From Phoronis australis (taxonomy: Eukaryota; Animalia; Phoronida): DNA of 64,000 nt. The DNA is taken from assembly GCA_002633005.1 (NCBI GenBank), contig NMRA01000071.1, positions 1,081,893 through 1,145,892 on the forward strand, given 5' to 3'. Made by a program: the position numbers and the translations under genes. This document shows, in pieces, positions 61,524 through 64,000 of this stretch. Every line of letters begins with the position of its first letter. Positions within the stretch are counted from its first letter, which is position 1. The notes beneath the pieces were generated by a model, which was not told where the DNA came from, did not search any database, and was given only the letters and a program-made list of their open reading frames with translations.

Positions 61524-64000
61524 GTTAGCTACAATTTGAAGAAAATGTCCATTATCGAGCACATTTGTCTGGTAGCGTAATTGCACATGTATCGCTGGAG
61601 CAAATGCTTGGCCTTTTAGATCACGGATAGGAAGAAATGTATTCGAATTTACAAAGACTTACGACATTTTAAATGCTAAAATGTCATTCGTACAAAACTT
61701 TGGTCTGCTTAGGAGCATTAACATTTTGTTGTGAATAAACAGTTAATCAAATAGCGCCTAAGTGAACCTGTCTTTTATTTAAACTCCTCAGTCGAATATC
61801 TAAATGAAACTGGCGGTCTATTTTAGGTCCATGATACTGAAATGAATTTTTTTATTTTTTTTTTCAAATTCCGGGAAAAGTTAGTTTACAAGTTATATTG
61901 GCGTATGTCTTTGGGGGGGATCGTAGCATTGTATTAGGGTAATGTGTGCCCCGGGTTTTGTGCGTCCCTTTTTATGGAATTCGGGTTCTGTGTCACCAGG
62001 GTTGTATGTATCTCTAGTTCTATGTGTTCCGGGTCAGTTCCTAAGCAAACGAGTTTTAGCTACAGACGCTGTTTTAAGTCCACACGACAGTTTTAAGGTG
62101 CTTTTTCGATCCTGGTATAGGGCAAAAATTTGACCCCATTAACCCCCATTTACAAGCATGATTAGGTCAAAAGTTAGGGTTATGGCATCAATCACATGCA
62201 GGCATATCTTTGGAACAACTTGACGAAATGTCATTTGACACTCACGAGGTTATTCACAGTTAGGATACGTGACAGTTTCCCCAGAAACGCAATCCTATGT
62301 TAACTCAAAAATGTACAACACACTCGAACTACTGGCTTCAGGGAACGTTTCATAAGAAATTGCCATAATTAGGCCCCAAATGGTTGCCTTTTCATTCCTG
62401 ATACACAGCAAAATAATTCTTATGGTTTTTTCAAGTAAAACAGTAATTTTCCACTACTGTGATCCAGGTAATATCACGTGGTCAAAGGAAAATAATGGAA
62501 TGATACAATTGTTTCTGTGCACTCTCATGTGCACTCTCGACGAAGAAAAACAGTACACTATAGAAATAAGTAAGGTGTTTGATGTTTGCAATAAATTTAT
62601 AATCCGACTACGATGTGTGTCCTGTAGAGTGCAACATACGGGGCAAAAAGTAATGACAAGTAACACATGCCTACTTTAGATTGGCAAAAAACATCGTCAA
62701 GTACTAAAATAACGCGTTGTTTGTACGCATCCTCGTAGGATCCTACATTGTAGATCAAGCAATGCCTCGTGCAAGCTGTATCTTGAAAATATACCTTTTA
62801 TTTGCGAGATTTTGACTACATCACAAACGGCGATCTTGTGTTGATATACTTGGCTGGACGAGCGCTGACCAGGGACGCATGGAACACGGTGTGAAAGCAA
62901 CCATTGCCCCTCTGAAGAAATTGCACGGCTTGCATGTACACGTATTAAGCTTGCAGGTATTCCACTGTGTAACGCACCCGTATGCTAGCATTCAAATACA
63001 CGCATCTAAGACATTCTATACATACATTCACATTGGGACACACCCAACCCGGGATACATAGATCCTTGTCAGATGCACAGAAGTCTGGGCATTGAACCCG
63101 GGACACATACATGTACAGTCCGGGACTCATCGGAATGACCTCGCGTGGGGCTTTCCTCAGCTGAAAAAAAGGAGGGGCGCAACATTAGAGGTAGCCGGGC
63201 ACACAGAGCGTCACACATATGTATCAGAAGGGACATAACTGGTGGTAACAAATGACCACCGCACACTGGGCCTACACTTGTTTCCGTGAATGTTAACAAA
63301 ATGCGCCACTGGCAAACTATCATATTTTTAGTAATTTGTACATGCCAAACGATTTCCCGTTTCCTGACAACAGTGACCGGTTTGATGACATTGTCAATCA
63401 CCGCAGTGCGCACTGCCGCAACTGTTACTGTCCCATTTGTTTACCCTGCTGAAACATTATGGACCCTAAAATATGTTTCCCTCTCATTACCCACACGTTT
63501 TGAAATGTGAAGGTACACAAGTAACATACTTAAAAATTAATTGCAGGGATGCGTTAATTTTTGTAAGATCATTTTCATTTTGTCACCGAAAATTTAAATG
63601 TCAAATTACAGTAGAAAGAATATTTCTCGAATCTCGCGCTTATTTTACGGTCGAGTTGCGCGAGTTCGAATTGCAAACTTGATTTTTGTTTACGTTTTTC
63701 TCCAAAACCAACCCCTTCTACCTATAAATACTTCGTGTATTATATCGTCAATTTTCGATTTGTTTCCAATAACTTGGATATTTTAATACGCATAGTGCAA
63801 ATATTTCAGTAATCTATACCTCTTCGGTTACTTCACTGCATTTTCTCGCATAAAAGTTTCTTGCAAACAATGTTCCGTGAACTTTTTTATTAATATCTAG
63901 TTGTCACTATTCCGCGTCCCCGTCTTTGCCACGCTACGTTGGAGCGCACCCACCCATCAACATAGTAGCGCTATACATGTATTTATATACGACATCTTCC

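Noticed and set aside
63332-63510. Terminal semaphorin exon (phase-compatible, contains VYPAETL like the Sema1 juxtamembrane segment)
   Set aside because: No convincing transmembrane helix follows and the acceptor is modest; cannot be supported without transcripts.
1-64000. CRISPR array, operon or prokaryotic defence system
   Set aside because: Sequence is eukaryotic; recurring motifs such as ATTCTCCGTAGCCC and the 38157-38290 repeat are irregularly spaced or lack unique spacers.

Overview
This is animal genomic DNA (AT-rich, spliceosomal introns, dense decayed transposons; probably a marine invertebrate, but the taxon cannot be fixed from sequence). The only host gene I can reconstruct is a + strand semaphorin (Sema domain + PSI domain, class 1/6-like, divergent). 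It has 10 phase-compatible internal exons from 33873 to 61523 and a probable signal-peptide exon at 32576-32645 ending in a GC donor; its 3' end was not found. The rest is nested mobile-element debris: a BEL/Pao LTR retrotransposon split by a 5.7 kb hairpin-ended element with a 10-bp TSD, a Harbinger remnant, a tRNA/CORE-like SINE, a P/hAT-like non-autonomous element with an empty-site copy in the window, an internally deleted Kolobok (THAP transposase + KolX), a Crypton/DUF3504 remnant, a Sola3-like element, a possible KDZ remnant and several LINEs. The most striking pattern is the palindrome TACATGTA: about 45-50 copies by eye against about 2 expected. Paired repeat copies and interrupted RT motifs show that several copies are 6-bp CATGTA insertions at TA sites, matching the Tc1/mariner excision footprint. 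All coordinates and translations were read by hand; no database searches were run.
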